Below, in pieces: positions 34,755 to 48,300 of a stretch of 64,000 nucleotides of DNA. Position 1 is the first letter of the stretch. The number at the start of each line of letters is the position of its first letter. The notes beneath the pieces are model-generated. The model saw only the letters and a list, made by a program, of their open reading frames with translations, was not told the DNA's origin and ran no database searches. This DNA is from Paraspadella gotoi (lineage: Eukaryota > Animalia > Chaetognatha), in contig CM119271.1 of assembly GCA_051294375.1 (NCBI GenBank), positions 800,721-864,720 of the forward strand, in the 5' to 3' direction. A program made the translations under genes and the position numbers.

Positions 34755-35468
34755 TTTAGCCGGGTCTGCTTACTTGCTGCTTATCTGCTTATTCCAGCTC
34801 TATAATTCACTTTGTCGGTCCGCCCCCCAATCTTGTCGGGCATTCACTTATATCATATCAACATCAATTTATGATAAATTATGCATTGTGATGTAAACCT
34901 TTCTTTTTCGTTGCGTAATGTTAATTAGAAGAGTTTGAAATTATTGTCAACGAATTTATTTTATTAGAATGGACATGTTTCGTTGACAATAATTTCAAAC
35001 TCTTCTAATTGATAAATTATGCAAAAAAAAATGATGTCCGTCCGTCCGTCTGTCCGTCCGTCCGTCCGTTCCACCTTTGCAAAAAACTCCAATAACTCGT
35101 GATTGGATGGATGGATTGGATCGAAATTTTGTGTGTGGGTAGGAAAGTGTGTGATTGAGCTGGAAATCAAGTTTCGATGGAATCGTCCGAGTGGAAATGA
35201 GTTAAAATGGAAAAAAACCAAAAAAATATTTCACTATTCACATTAATATTAATTAATTAATTATTTAATTGCTTAATTTGTTTGCTCAAACTTGTTCTTT
35301 ATGAAAATAAATCGTTGTACCTAATTTCAAATTCTAAGCATAATTAATCATAACTTGATGTTCTGAGAGGATATAAGTGACTTTCCGACAAAATAATTGG
35401 GGGCGACCAACAGACCGAAAAGTGAATTATAGAGCCGGTATCTGCTGATAAGCAGAACCGGCTAAAAA
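34755..35468. mobile_element. Two oppositely oriented H1 HINE fragments
   Basis: Plus-strand head 34755-35250 with (GTCC)n; minus-strand head 35335-35468 (CTGCTGATAAGCAGAACCGGCTAAAA). Confidence 0.6.
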
Positions 35469-35705
35469 CTTAGATACATGCTAGAGTACAAAAAGTAAAA
35501 ATAGATTGTTGAATGTTGAAAATATAGATATAAATACATTCTCTAAATGCATTTAGGATAACTTGTAAAGTGTTTTAAGAGTTTTATAATTTCATGTATA
35601 AATCAATATATAATCAATAAATCAATATTATATGATGCACACCTTATCCTAAAACTGTTATTTTAGAACATATTTTTTATTTTTGTACCCACTATGTATA
35701 TTATA

Positions 35706-38700
35706 TTAATTGAAATGATAATTTGTCGACATCAAAATTCCAAGAAAAAAAATAAAAAAATAGACATAATTATTTGGAATATTTAAGTAACTATTCTCCA
35801 GAATGAATAACAATTCTTGAAAGAGATTACAATCATTATTGTAGAAGTATAAATAAACTCGATTAATGGGAGAATAATAGTCAAAAAATCTCATTCCAGT
35901 CTGCCTCATAAAATCGAAATTTATTTTTCTTATGATCAAGCGACTGTGCTTCGTGGTGACGTTATTGTTTACAGGAAACGCCTTCGTCGGCAGAAATACT
36001 GAAAGTAACATGTAAATTCCCAAGCAAGTAATCACAAAAGCAATTTTTAAAAGTAGAGGGTATCTCTTAGACACTGAGCTTAAATGCGTTGTAATTGAAT
36101 TTAGAATGAGCAAAATAAGTAAACCACAAAAATAATAGAAATTTTCTTTGAAAAAAGACAACATGTAAATAATCCTGAATGTTTGTTGGGTTAGATATGG
36201 AGCAAAGCAAAATTCCATGAGTTGTCTTTGCTTAGATTTCTGCCATTTTCCAGTTAAAACTATTGTTAAAATTATGAAAGAAATTAATAACATAAAATAA
36301 AGACTCTGAACTATTAACTTAATTTTTTTTGGCCTTATATTCTGTAAAAGTCTCATCGTCATTGCAGTAAAGAAAACAGTCAGACACATGAATTCCGTTT
36401 TTAAAAGTATAGTACTGATGTTATAAAGCTTCCATTGGGAATCTACCAGCAGATTTTCAATTTCCGGAACCGAGATCTGATCAAGGTCAAAATGTCTTTT
36501 TCCAACTAACACAAACATATTTTTAACCTTTAAAATATTTCCAGTAATATTTCTATATACATCGATCAAATTAAAATGTTTAATTGAATAAAAAATATAA
36601 GTATAAATGGTGATCGGTGAAAAACAAATAGTAATAATTATTGTTAAAGTCCATTTAACTAAAATCTGATTCAAAAAGAGAAACAAAGCATTGTATGAAC
36701 CACAAAGTACAATATCAATCAGGATAAGAATTAGCAGAATTCTAAGATCTACTTCTAAAAGTGTATAATTTCCAAGAACATTTGGTCTGTCAACAACGAT
36801 TCCCTCGGTACTGCAATTCTGATCCAATCGATAATTTTTATAAGCAAGTTTTCTCCATTTTTTGCTTACCATCCCCTTTGTCATAACAATACAAACAATG
36901 TCACGAAATAGATCGTCTATATTGTCAGAATCAGACAAGTCGCTTTCATTATATTTAATGATAAGTCGTGGAATGTTTATGTCCCTTAAAAATGAAAGTC
37001 CCCAATCTAAATATTGAGTTGAACAGACCTGAAATTGCTGATACGTTAAAAAGTAAAATGAAAAAATTGACACGTTAAATAATGTTTTGAATAACAACTG
37101 GAATACTTCTGTTTTTGTAAATGTCTCTCGTAATCTCATTTTAGGATAAAAATTTGGACGAAAAATGGTTCCTACAATTTCTATTATTTCAATTTCTGTC
37201 AAAACCCGGCTCGCTAATATTGGTGAAATAAAGACTAACCAAATACAGCAATGGATAGCCCAGTGATAAATCAGAAGTAGACCGATCGCTATGCCAAATG
37301 TCCCTTGCAGGGTGCACAAAAGACTGCACAAAGTTGATATGAATCGGTTCTGAGTTGTTTTCCGCTTTGTTGAATTTGTTTCTCTGTATTCATTGGCCAT
37401 CTTAGCTAAGCTTATACCAGAAATAGACATTGACATAAGGCTGAAAAAATTATCTATCGCGTATTTACACTTTCTGAAATCGAATGACGAATGAGTGGAA
37501 CAATCGCAATTGCGACCTTCTATTAGAATCAATGAGCCATTTCCGATATTTTTAAAATATCTTCCTTTCGTCATTTTTCGATGTTGAAGGCAAATCTTCA
37601 GTGAAACATGATACAGGCGCAAAAAATGTTAGTCAAATACATGAAATTTGTCATAATATACACATTACAGTATGTTTTTTTTATTATGATACCCTTTAAA
37701 ACATTTTACCTTTTGAAATGCAACATTTAGTTGTGCCCAGGGATGTGGAGCCGACCTAATTTTGTCTCGGCTCCAGCTCCGGCTCCAGCTCCAGGCAAAA
37801 TTTTTTTCCGGCTCCAGCTCCGGCTCCGGCTCCAAGCAAAATTTTTTTCGGCTCCGGCTCCGGCTCTAGCAAAAATTTTAACTCGGCTCCGGCTCCGGCT
37901 CCAACTCCGGCTCCATTACTATATATATAATTAAAATTTAAGAAATTAAATATTCATAATATATTCTTTAAATCATATAATTTATATTTTGATTATATTT
38001 AACATTTATTTTATATTATATATAATATATTTTAATATTAAAAATATATTATATAATTAAAATTATTTTTAAAAATATTAGAATAATAAGCAAAATAATT
38101 TTTTATTTTTTGGTGATATCCTCACTCTTTGATAATTTAACTGTGAATTATATTTNNNNNNNNNNNNNNNNNNNNNNNNNNNNNNNNNNNNNNNNNNNNN
38201 NNNNNNNNNNNNNNNNNNNNNNNNNNNNNNNNNNNNNNNNNNNNNNNNNNNNNNNATTATATTACTATCAATGAAGGAAATCTTAAAATCTTAAATTTTT
38301 TTAAATTTTTTAATGGATTCTGATAGAGCATAAAAAGTTNNNNNNNNNNNNNNNNNNNNNNNNNNNNNNNNNNNNNNNNNNNNNNNNNNNNNNNNNNNNN
38401 NNNNNNNNNNNNNNNNNNNNNNNNNNNNNNNNNNNNNNNNNNNNNNNNNNNNNNNNNNNNNNNNNNNNNNNNNNNNNNNNNNNNNNNNNNNNNNNNNNNN
38501 NNNNNNNNNNNNNNNATTCCTACCTCATGGGATTCCTCAAACACGGGATTCCTCCCACACGGGAATCCTATCGGATCCTATCGGATTCTTCCCGCAGAAA
38601 ACATAGACTTTTGCAACTGCGAACAGCTGAACTGACCTGACTGCTGCTATATAACTGAGTTTAAAATGTCAGTGAGGATTTTCTCTCTCACACACGGGAA

Positions 38701-41700
38701 TTGACTTTGGCCGATTTCCTTTGAGTCACTCATCGGACTTTTCCGAACACCGACCTGAGGAACATGGACGCCTTGTCTTTATACTCACCTCATTATACTC
38801 TGTGCTCTACCCATGATTCTTCTATGCACTTACTGTTAAGGTAGATAGATTTCACTTCGATCTAGCTCTCCAGGTCCCCAGCTAAGATTTATTTATATCT
38901 CTTTTGACAAATTCCGGCGCAAAATACTCTTGGTATAGTTTTAGTGTCTCTGAAGCATTTTCAAATCTAGATGTAGGTAAAAAATTTAGTAGTTTTTGTT
39001 GAGGTTTTTTAATCTTTCTGTACTATAAATAAAACATAGAAATTACACAATTAAAAATTAAATTAAGAGGTCAAACTCGGAATAAAATTAAAGGCAAGAC
39101 CTAACAGATTAAAATATTTTTTAATTTTTGCTTTTATGATTTATTGAATTCATATAAAGTCCCGAAGAGACTTACAATTTCATAGTTTAAAAAATGATAC
39201 ATCCATTTTGTTGGCTTTCCCTTATCAGTTTTTTTGGGCATTTTGAATATCGATGGAGAGATAAGACAAAGCCGATCCCAAATATGTATTTGCTTTTTAT
39301 TTATCATTAATTTTAAGCAAAAGGTAAAGTTGCAAAGTTTAATTAGGTCGACAAAATAATCTAATTTTGCGAAACGAAAATTGACGTGTCGCACAAAAAT
39401 GTCCATTTTTTTATTATCCTATTTATATTTTTGAGTATTTTGGGTATCGACTGAAAGCTAAGATCATGAGGTTTTTAAAAATGTTTTTCATTTATCTACA
39501 AGTGGAAATCTTTAGTCTAAGGAGCCCAAATTTTATTCCAAAATAGCTCAAGACATGTATTTTTTAGCGCCTCTAGATCATATACAACTCAATTAGATAT
39601 AAATCTATTTTTGAGTTGAGAATATGCGATGTTCATTTGTTTAAAACAAAACAATTCTCGCACACCCACAGCTCCTCTTGTGAAATAGTCAAAATTAAAA
39701 AAACACAAGTGTAAATTAATATTCCATTTTGTGCAAACAAAACAATTTTTAGTCTTAAGGAAAAGTTTTAAATTGAGAAATTTGTCTTTGCCTTCATTTT
39801 GAATTTAATCCCACATATTTAATTAATTTGATTTCATTCATTTTTAAATTAAAATCATAAAAGGAGGATATCCATAGCATGTTGATTAAAACCAGTCGTT
39901 GTGTATATTAAAAATTAAAAATCAATACTCAAAATTATTACATAAGCAAATAATACGTACCTGCATATTGATATCAATAGGGATTTCTTATGATGGTTTT
40001 TTTAATGTTATGACGTAGAAGCGCATGCTAAATTGGTACTTTATTTATATATTATGTTAGATAACAATTAAACATAATATATAAAAGAAATAACAAATGA
40101 TACAATTCATATAAACAACGTCTAGTAGTTCTCAAATAATCGATATACTTATGATTTAAAATCTCTATAACAATTTAAAGTATACGTAATGGCGACGAAG
40201 GTTTCGCACACCACGGGGTAGACCCTAGTTAGGTCACTATGTTGTAGGGTCCGCGAGAAAGAATGCCGTTCACTGAGCGTCTCCTCTCTCTCTCTCTCTC
40301 TACTCTCTCTCATCTCCACTCTTTTACTTGGTCATACTTGGATTCTTCTCTCCGTCAGTCTCTTCTCAAGCAACCTTTTTATCACTTAACTCTCTCTCTG
40401 TTAACTGTAGTCGGCGTCGCTTATAGTAAACTTCGCTTTTTTATTCTTATGCCAAGTTCTCAGCCTCAAAAGATAATTTATTTTTTAGAGTAAGCTCTGC
40501 TACATTAAAAATGATAAAAGATTTTACTTACCTTAACTTGACAAAGTATCAAATGTTATTTGAACCTTAAACTAACAGGGAGAACTCAGACGTATAAAAA
40601 ACTGGTTAAATGCAACGGGAGAGAGAGAGAGTAAGAGAGAGAGAGAGAGTTCCAAAAAATAGAGAATTATGTAATTGTAAGAACGTACGTGGAACTGAAG
40701 ATGACTGTCCGTTATTTCTATAACCCCCTCGAACAGCATGAATGGGTCCCTGGGCTTGGAACCAGGCTTGAGGGTTTGTCATACCCCCAAGGCGGCTTAC
40801 GGCCATCCTCATGCTTCCCGCAGGGTAGGTACCAGGTTGGGATTGAACCAGGTACCTAGTGGTCATGAGCTGATGGCTTTACTCAATGAGCCACCGGGTC
40901 ACAACTGAAAGTGTCATGCTTCTACGCGGGGTGAACCTAGGCAATGCCCGACTACATGCCCCCCAGATTGTAACCCACCCTGCACTGCTTCCAGTGGAGG
41001 GAAGGGAGCAATCTTCAGCTCGACCAAGGGCCTGGAATCAGAAGGTTGGAATACGCTCCACAGGATGGGCTCACCAGTGTGAATAAGGCGCTACGTGGGC
41101 TGAAGATGACTGTCCGTAACTTCTATAACCCCCTCTAGCAGCCATGGAACGGGTCCCTGGGCTTGGAACCAGGCTTGAGGGTTTGCCATGTCCCAAAGGT
41201 GGTTTACGGCCATCCTCACACTTCCCGCAGGGTAGGTACCAGGTTGGGATTGAACCCGGTACCTAGTGGTCATGAGCTGATGGCTTTACTCAATGAGCCA
41301 GCGGGTCACAACTGAAAGTGTCCTGCTTCTAGGCGGGGTGAACCTAGGCAATGCCCGACTACATGTATATTCACCAAAAAAAATTAATTGTCTTTAAAAT
41401 ATTCTCAAATACTTTAAAAAATATTTTTGAATTTGTTATCACAGTTTTTGTTATCTTTCGGCGCGAGCTGGCACCTACCTTATCAGTATCACCAGTCCAT
41501 TCTAAAACAGTGGCCGCAGTTTGAACCAGCAACTGCAAATAGGATTCTACTATCACATGAATCAAATTCAGTCGGGTTAAAACTATATTTTTGAGCTTTT
41601 CTGATTTCAGCGCTTTCTTCAAATTGAGTGGGGATTGTCTGGGGTGTGATATGAGACAGGTTTTTTTTAATTAATTATCCAAAAACAATTTAAGAATATG

Positions 41701-44700
41701 CATTATGCAATGTAATTCAATCACAATAACCGTCAATTTTGTCCTTAATACTTTTTAGGTAATTAGTCCATTACTGATATTCTACTAATTAAGCACTTAA
41801 AATACATATTTTTCCTTTTTATGCTTGGTAAAATGATAGTATTAACAAATGTTAATACTAATGTTGGATCCTATTTAAACATAGGTGAATTGTAATTGAA
41901 CATTCATTTGTTTAGTTTGATTATTATATTAGTTACTTCAAACAAATTATTTTTATTGAAATTATTGTGATAAAAAAATGATAATTAAGCCTTTTTTATA
42001 TAAACTTAAATTTGAATATATTGAAACATACAAATCATTGGAAATTTTTGATGAAAAGTTGCAAGATTGTTTTACTATATGTATTAGACTTTAAAATTTG
42101 TTGTTAATATTTTAAAATAATGTAAACATTTAATATTTTAAACTATATATTAGTTTAAAATATATTCTTTATATAAAGTAATAAATATTTTACTATTTAA
42201 CTTTTACCTGCTGTCCAGATAGATGTCAAGATCAATGGCTGCAGATCCTAACCCAATGATATGCACAAACAGCGTGAGAATCCAGCGTCGCCTGTTTTCT
42301 GTCAATCGCGGAAAAATCCTCCCGAATCTTTCATGTGGTGTAATGAAAAATTAAATGATAATATTAACTGAAATTTATGAAATTGGTACAACCAATATAT
42401 TTATTTATTTTATTCAATAACTAATCTATCTTGTCTCCTGACAGAATAGTTTATGATATGTTAAACTTAAAGCCTCCATCCCTCTTTGCACTTTGATTAA
42501 TACTCTTTCTCAGTTCAGTTTGTTAACTTCCAGAGCACTTTGCTTCCCTATCAATGATGTTGTACTATATAGTATTAGACAAGTATTAAGTCGCAGAATA
42601 CATTTGTACTTCGTATTAGCACATACAATAGGAAATATAAAAATAATAAAGTATAAGATAGTAAACTTCATTCATTGTGATTTTGGTGTAAAGTATAAAA
42701 AAAAGTAATTAATTTTTAGTCGGTTCTGCTTATCAGCAGATTCCAACTCTATAATTCACTCTGTCGGTCCGTCGGTCCCACCCCAAAATATTGTCGGTAA
42801 ATCATTATTATCATATCAGAACCTCGAATTATGATAAATTATGCAAAAAAAATGATGTCCGTCCGTCCGTCTGTCCGTCCCCCCTTAGCAAAAAACTCTA
42901 ATTACTCGTGATTGGATGGATGGATTGGTATGAAATTTTGTGTGTGGGTAGGAAACTGTGTGATTGAGATGGATATGAAGTTTCGATGGAATTGTGCGAG
43001 TGGAAATTGGTTTAAATGGAAAAAACAAAAAAATCTATTTCACTATTTGAACGCCAATTGCTCATGAGTGGATAGGGTAATTGACTTGAAATTTTGTATG
43101 ATGGTAGGAAAGTGTGTGATTGAGCTGAATATAAAGTTTTGATGGAATCGTGCGAGTGGAAATGAGTTAAAATGGAAAAAACAAAAGTCATAATTACTTA
43201 AAGTCATTTTTACTTAAATTTACTCATAATTATTATGTTTATTAAAAATTGGATTGATAAATTGAAATTGAATTTTGTGTGTGGGTAGGAATGTATGTGA
43301 TAAAGCTGGATATAAATTTTTTGATGGAATTGTAGGAGTAAAAAAGAGTTCAAATTAAAAAACCAAAAAACACATTTATTTGAATTTTTTAAAGTTTTGC
43401 TGGTTGGATGGAATTAAATTTTTTGTGTGGGTAGGAAAGGATTGTTGATTTTTTAAAGCGTCTGGATATAAAAACTTTCGATCTGGTGACTTATATGGAA
43501 TGCAGGTGTGCAGGGAAGGAAATTAGTTTTTTAAATGTGGAGAAAAAAAAAACATAAGTCGATTCGAATTTACTAAAAATCTTGTTACTTATTCCTTACC
43601 AATAAATCACTCCAGATTAGCATCATAATTGAAAGATGCAATAATACTGACCGGCGCGCCAGATACAGCCCACCATGATTGTTTCGAACAAACTTTGTGT
43701 CTCACACGACTCCGTGTCACTACCACGTAGAGCTCGATTCGCATCGCAACATCACCGACCTACTTTAGTCTGCCGCACAGGACTCAACACTTGTAGAAAC
43801 AAACACTACATAACAAGTACGATCGAAAGTCGTATAACCTGGTGATCGCTCACCCTACACTCCGATGGCTCGATCAACAGTTCATACCATCGCTCATCAA
43901 GTGGTGGATACACGGAAAACGTCGTACTTCTGGACGAACAGCCTTGATATAAAGTTTTCAGTGAAACCCGCCACACCCCGAACAAACGTCCCGTTAATGC
44001 ATATCTACTTTTCAACAGGTTGGCGCATAACCCCCGTACACTAGTGGAAATTGCCCAGTTTTTTAAATGGAAGTTAAAAAAAAAAAAAAATATGAGTCAC
44101 ATTTACTTGAATCTTTTTATTTTATTTACCATATAGATTGAGATAATTTTGTGAGCCGGTGAAAAGTGAGTGAGAAGCTAGATATAAAGTTTTGACGGAA
44201 TGCAAGTTGAAAAATTAGAAGTTAAAAAAATCTTAAAAGCATAAGGATCGTCGCTATTGCATAAAAAGAGAGAGAGAGAGGAGAGAGAAGAGAGAAAGGA
44301 GAGGAGAGAGAGAGAGAGAGAGAGAGAAGAGAGAGAGTGAGAGAGAGAAGGAGACATAAAATAAAAAATCTTAAAGACTCAAGATCGAGCAGAGCCCACT
44401 ATCATAGAAAATTAATGAAAAAACGGGAAAAAAGAATGAATCATGCGATAACGAATTGTTGATGTACTAGTAATTGATTGAGGTAATACTAATTGATTGA
44501 TGTAATAGTAATTTATTGATGTAATAGGAATTGATTATTGATTCGATGATAATCAATTATTGATGCGATGATAGTCATTCACTGCTGTGATGATAGTCAT
44601 TCAGTGATGCGATGATTGTCATTCATTGATGCGATGATTGTCATTCATTGATGCGATGATAGTCAATAAACAAACAAATGCGTGTATGAGTGAAAGAAAG

Positions 44701-44701
44701 A

Positions 44702-44735
<34 letters not shown>

Positions 44736-44803
44736 GAGAAAGAGAAAGAGAAGAGAGAGAGAAAGAGAGAGAGAGAGAAGAGAGAAAAGAGAGAGAGAGA
44801 AAG

Positions 44804-44841
<38 letters not shown>

Positions 44842-45309
44842 GAGAGAAAGAAGAGAATAAATCCACGAAAATCTTGGATGAAAATATGGGATTTTGTATT
44901 GAAAAAAGCGCGGATAAATGGCAATAATAAAAGTTTTTAGAAGGAAAAAAATAATCAGAATTTTTCAAAAAACAACGATCACGCAAGAGTACGGACAGAT
45001 AGGGACACACACAACAGAGACAGAGAGACAGAGAGAGAGAGAGAAAAAGAGAGAAGAGAGAGAAGACAGCCGCTGCAGAGAAAAAGAGAAGAGAAAGAGC
45101 GATATATAATAATAAAAGAGAGAGAGAGAGAGAAAGCTCTACAGCCCCTTTTACTGTTAGAGATTCAGCAGTACTTATGCGCCGCACGTAGCGTGGCTAT
45201 TCTCTACCCAAAAGACCCGGGTTCGCGCCCTGTTCGCGGCATCGTTTTTTACATTAGTGAACCCACATTATATCTAAAAAATTTTTTAAGAAAAAAAAGA
45301 GAGAGAGAA

Positions 45310-45351
<42 letters not shown>

Positions 45352-48300
45352 ACCTGGACAGACGCTGCAGAGCCGGAACTCGTTTTTAGACAAATCAGAA
45401 GAAGCAGTGACGGAGAAAAAGAGAGAGAGAGCGACATATAATTAAAACGTTTTTGTTTTGTAAATAAAACATAAACATACGAATATTGATATGAAACATG
45501 AGAATTTTAAAGATCTTGATGATTAGAAGCCATATATGAAAATTCAACTCCCTATGATATCACATTTTCAGAAGCCATGATTGCAAAAAAGCGAGACCGA
45601 AGCTAAACCGAATCAAAATCTAGACAGGACGGGCTTTGCCGCCTGGCTCGATAATAGAGGATATTTGTTTGTTTTGATAAAATGTAAACAAAACATTTAA
45701 TAACTGTCCTGACTCAATTTTAAGGACATCGATGATGACAAGCTGAATATAAATTATAATTAATCTATTAATTAATTAATTAATTAATCTATTAATTAAT
45801 TTATTAATTAATTATCGTAGGCAGATCCGACATTGTTGCTCAAACTTGTTTTACCTATGCTCTCTCTTCTTTTATCTTTTTCTCATTCTCACTCTTTTTC
45901 ATATTAATATATACTGGATGTATAAAATCTTTAAAATGTATTGTAAGAAAAAAAAACTTTGTAGAGTTTGATTTTAGCGGAAGTTTGGTTGCCTTGAAGT
46001 TTTAATGAATCAACAGATTTTGCAAAAACGTGTCTATTGGGAGAAAAAATTTCTGACATATTAAAAGAATGCGGTTTTTTAGATATTGAATATTAGTAAG
46101 TTCTCATCTGATAAAACAATAAAATTAGTTCAAAAACAAGTTTTAGTTAATAAAAAATGCACCTCACAAATTAAAAGCTGACTTAAAATTTTTTTCAGCC
46201 AAAATATTGAATTTTTTGTACTAATTTTTTAGATGTTGGAAGATCAGTTGATAAGGAATATTTGCCTAGAATTGTCAGTAAATCAAACTATTTTTGTTTA
46301 ACAAATTGTAATAAAAATTAAAAATGCGAGTTTTTGACAAGTGAATTTAAAAATTAATTCAAAGGCAAACAATAGATTTTTAATAGAATATGAACTGACT
46401 CAGAGGTAAGGAAGATAAAAAGACCTGAAAGCCGAAAAATAAAAAAATTTCCAAATCATCTTGGAATTCAAATCTCAAGACAAAAGTCAAATGGATAAAA
46501 ATGGACATAATTTTTTATTAAAGAAATCATGTCTTACCGTATATTGAAGCATAGAAATTCACCAACGAGTTCTATGTTTATAAAGAGAAGATAACTATAG
46601 CCAACCTTTTTTTTAAATAAAGAGTATTTCATATTTATCAGTAGAAAAAAAAGAATAATAGTTAGTAAAGTTACAATTTCATTTTTTAAAATACCCGAAT
46701 CAATATCACTGCTTTATTAAACAAGTTTGAGCAAACAATGTCGGATCTGCCTACGATAATTAAGTGGTAATAAGCTAACTTGGTCAACTTGCATAATTTA
46801 ATCAACTTGCATAATTTGGTCAACTGACATAATTTGGTTAACTGACATAATTTGGTCTACTGAACATAATTTGGTCAATGACTTAATTTGTTTAACTATC
46901 ATAATTTGGTTAACTGACATAATTTGTTCAACTGACATAATTTGGTCAACTGACATAATTTGGTCAATTAAGATAATTTGGTCAACTGGCATAATTTGGT
47001 CAACTGGCATAATTTGGTCAACAGGCATAATTTGGTCAAATTGCAGATTTGGTCAACTGGCATTAATTTGGTCAACTTTCAAAATTTGGTCAACTGGCAT
47101 ATTTTTGTCAATTGCATAATTTGGTCAACAGGCATAATTTAGTCAACTTGCAGAATTTTCAACTGGCATAATTTGGTCAACTTTCAGATTTGGTCAACTG
47201 GCATATTTTTGTCAATTGGCATAATTTGGTCAATCATTCAATCAATCAGAGAGAGATAGAGAGCAGAGAGNNNNNNNNNNNNNNNNNNNNNNNNNNNNNN
47301 NNNNNNNNNNNNNNNNNNNNNNNNNNNNNNNNNNNNNNNNNNNNNNNNNNNNNNNNNNNNNNNNNNNNNNNNNNNNNNNNNNNNNNNNNNNNNNNNNNNN
47401 NNNNNNNNNNNNNNNNNNNNNNNNNNNNNNNNNNNNNNNNNNNNNNNNNNNNNNNNNNNNNNNNNNNNNNNNNNNNNNNNNNNNNNNNNNNNNNNNNNNN
47501 NNNNNNNNNNNNNNNNNNNNNNNNNNNNNNNNNNNNNNNNNNNNNNNNNNNNNNNNNNNNNNNNNNNNNNNNNNNNNNNNNNNNNNNNNNNNNNNNNNNN
47601 NNNNNNNNNNNNNNNNNNNNNNNNNNNNNNNNNNNNNNNNNNNNNNNNNNNNNNNNNNNNNNNNNNNNNNNNNNNNNNNNNNNNNNNNNNNNNNNNNNNN
47701 NNNNNNNNNNNNNNNNNNNNNNNNNNNNNNNNNNNNNNNNNNNNNNNNNNNNNNNNNNNNNNNNNNNNNNNNNNNNNNNNNNNNNNNNNNNNNNNNNNNN
47801 NNNNNNNNNNNNNNNNNNNNNNNNNNNNNNNNNNNNNNNNNNNNNNNNNNNNNNNNNNNNNNNNNNNNNNNNNNNNNNNNNNNNNNNNNNNNNNNNNNNN
47901 NNNNNNNNNNNNNNNNNNNNNNNNNNNNNNNNNNNNNNNNNNNNNNNNNNNNNNNNNNNNNNNNNNNNNNNNNNNNNNNNNNNNNNNNNNNNNNNNNNNN
48001 NNNNNNNNNNNNNNNNNNNNNNNNNNNNNNNNNNNNNNNNNNNNNNNNNNNNNNNNNNNNNNNNNNNNNNNNNNNNNNNNNNNNNNNNNNGACGACGAGG
48101 TCCAGAAAGAATGAGGAGAGAGTGATCTCTGATTTTTTTTGGTGTGAGAAGTCGAAAATGGGAGGGAGAGAGGGTGGGTCGAAGTCCCAGTGAGGGCAAG
48201 GATCGGTGGGAGAGTCGTCGTTTGGTCAGGACATGGACATTCCTCTCTGCGCAGCTGTTCTCTCGAGTGGAGGAATGGATGAGAAAGAGAGGCGCATCAT

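Noticed and set aside
43640-44050. GC-balanced patch inside the H1 element as a captured gene
   Set aside because: No convincing ORF or motif; it may be low-quality sequence.
44619-45441. ER/SL-repeat ORFs (also 30568, 33098, 47190-48199)
   Set aside because: Translations of (GA)n microsatellites or N-gaps.
46780-47233. Tandem repeats as a CRISPR array or repeat protein (MPVDQI)n
   Set aside because: Head-to-tail 18-bp units with no spacers in a eukaryotic context; the ORFs are by-products.
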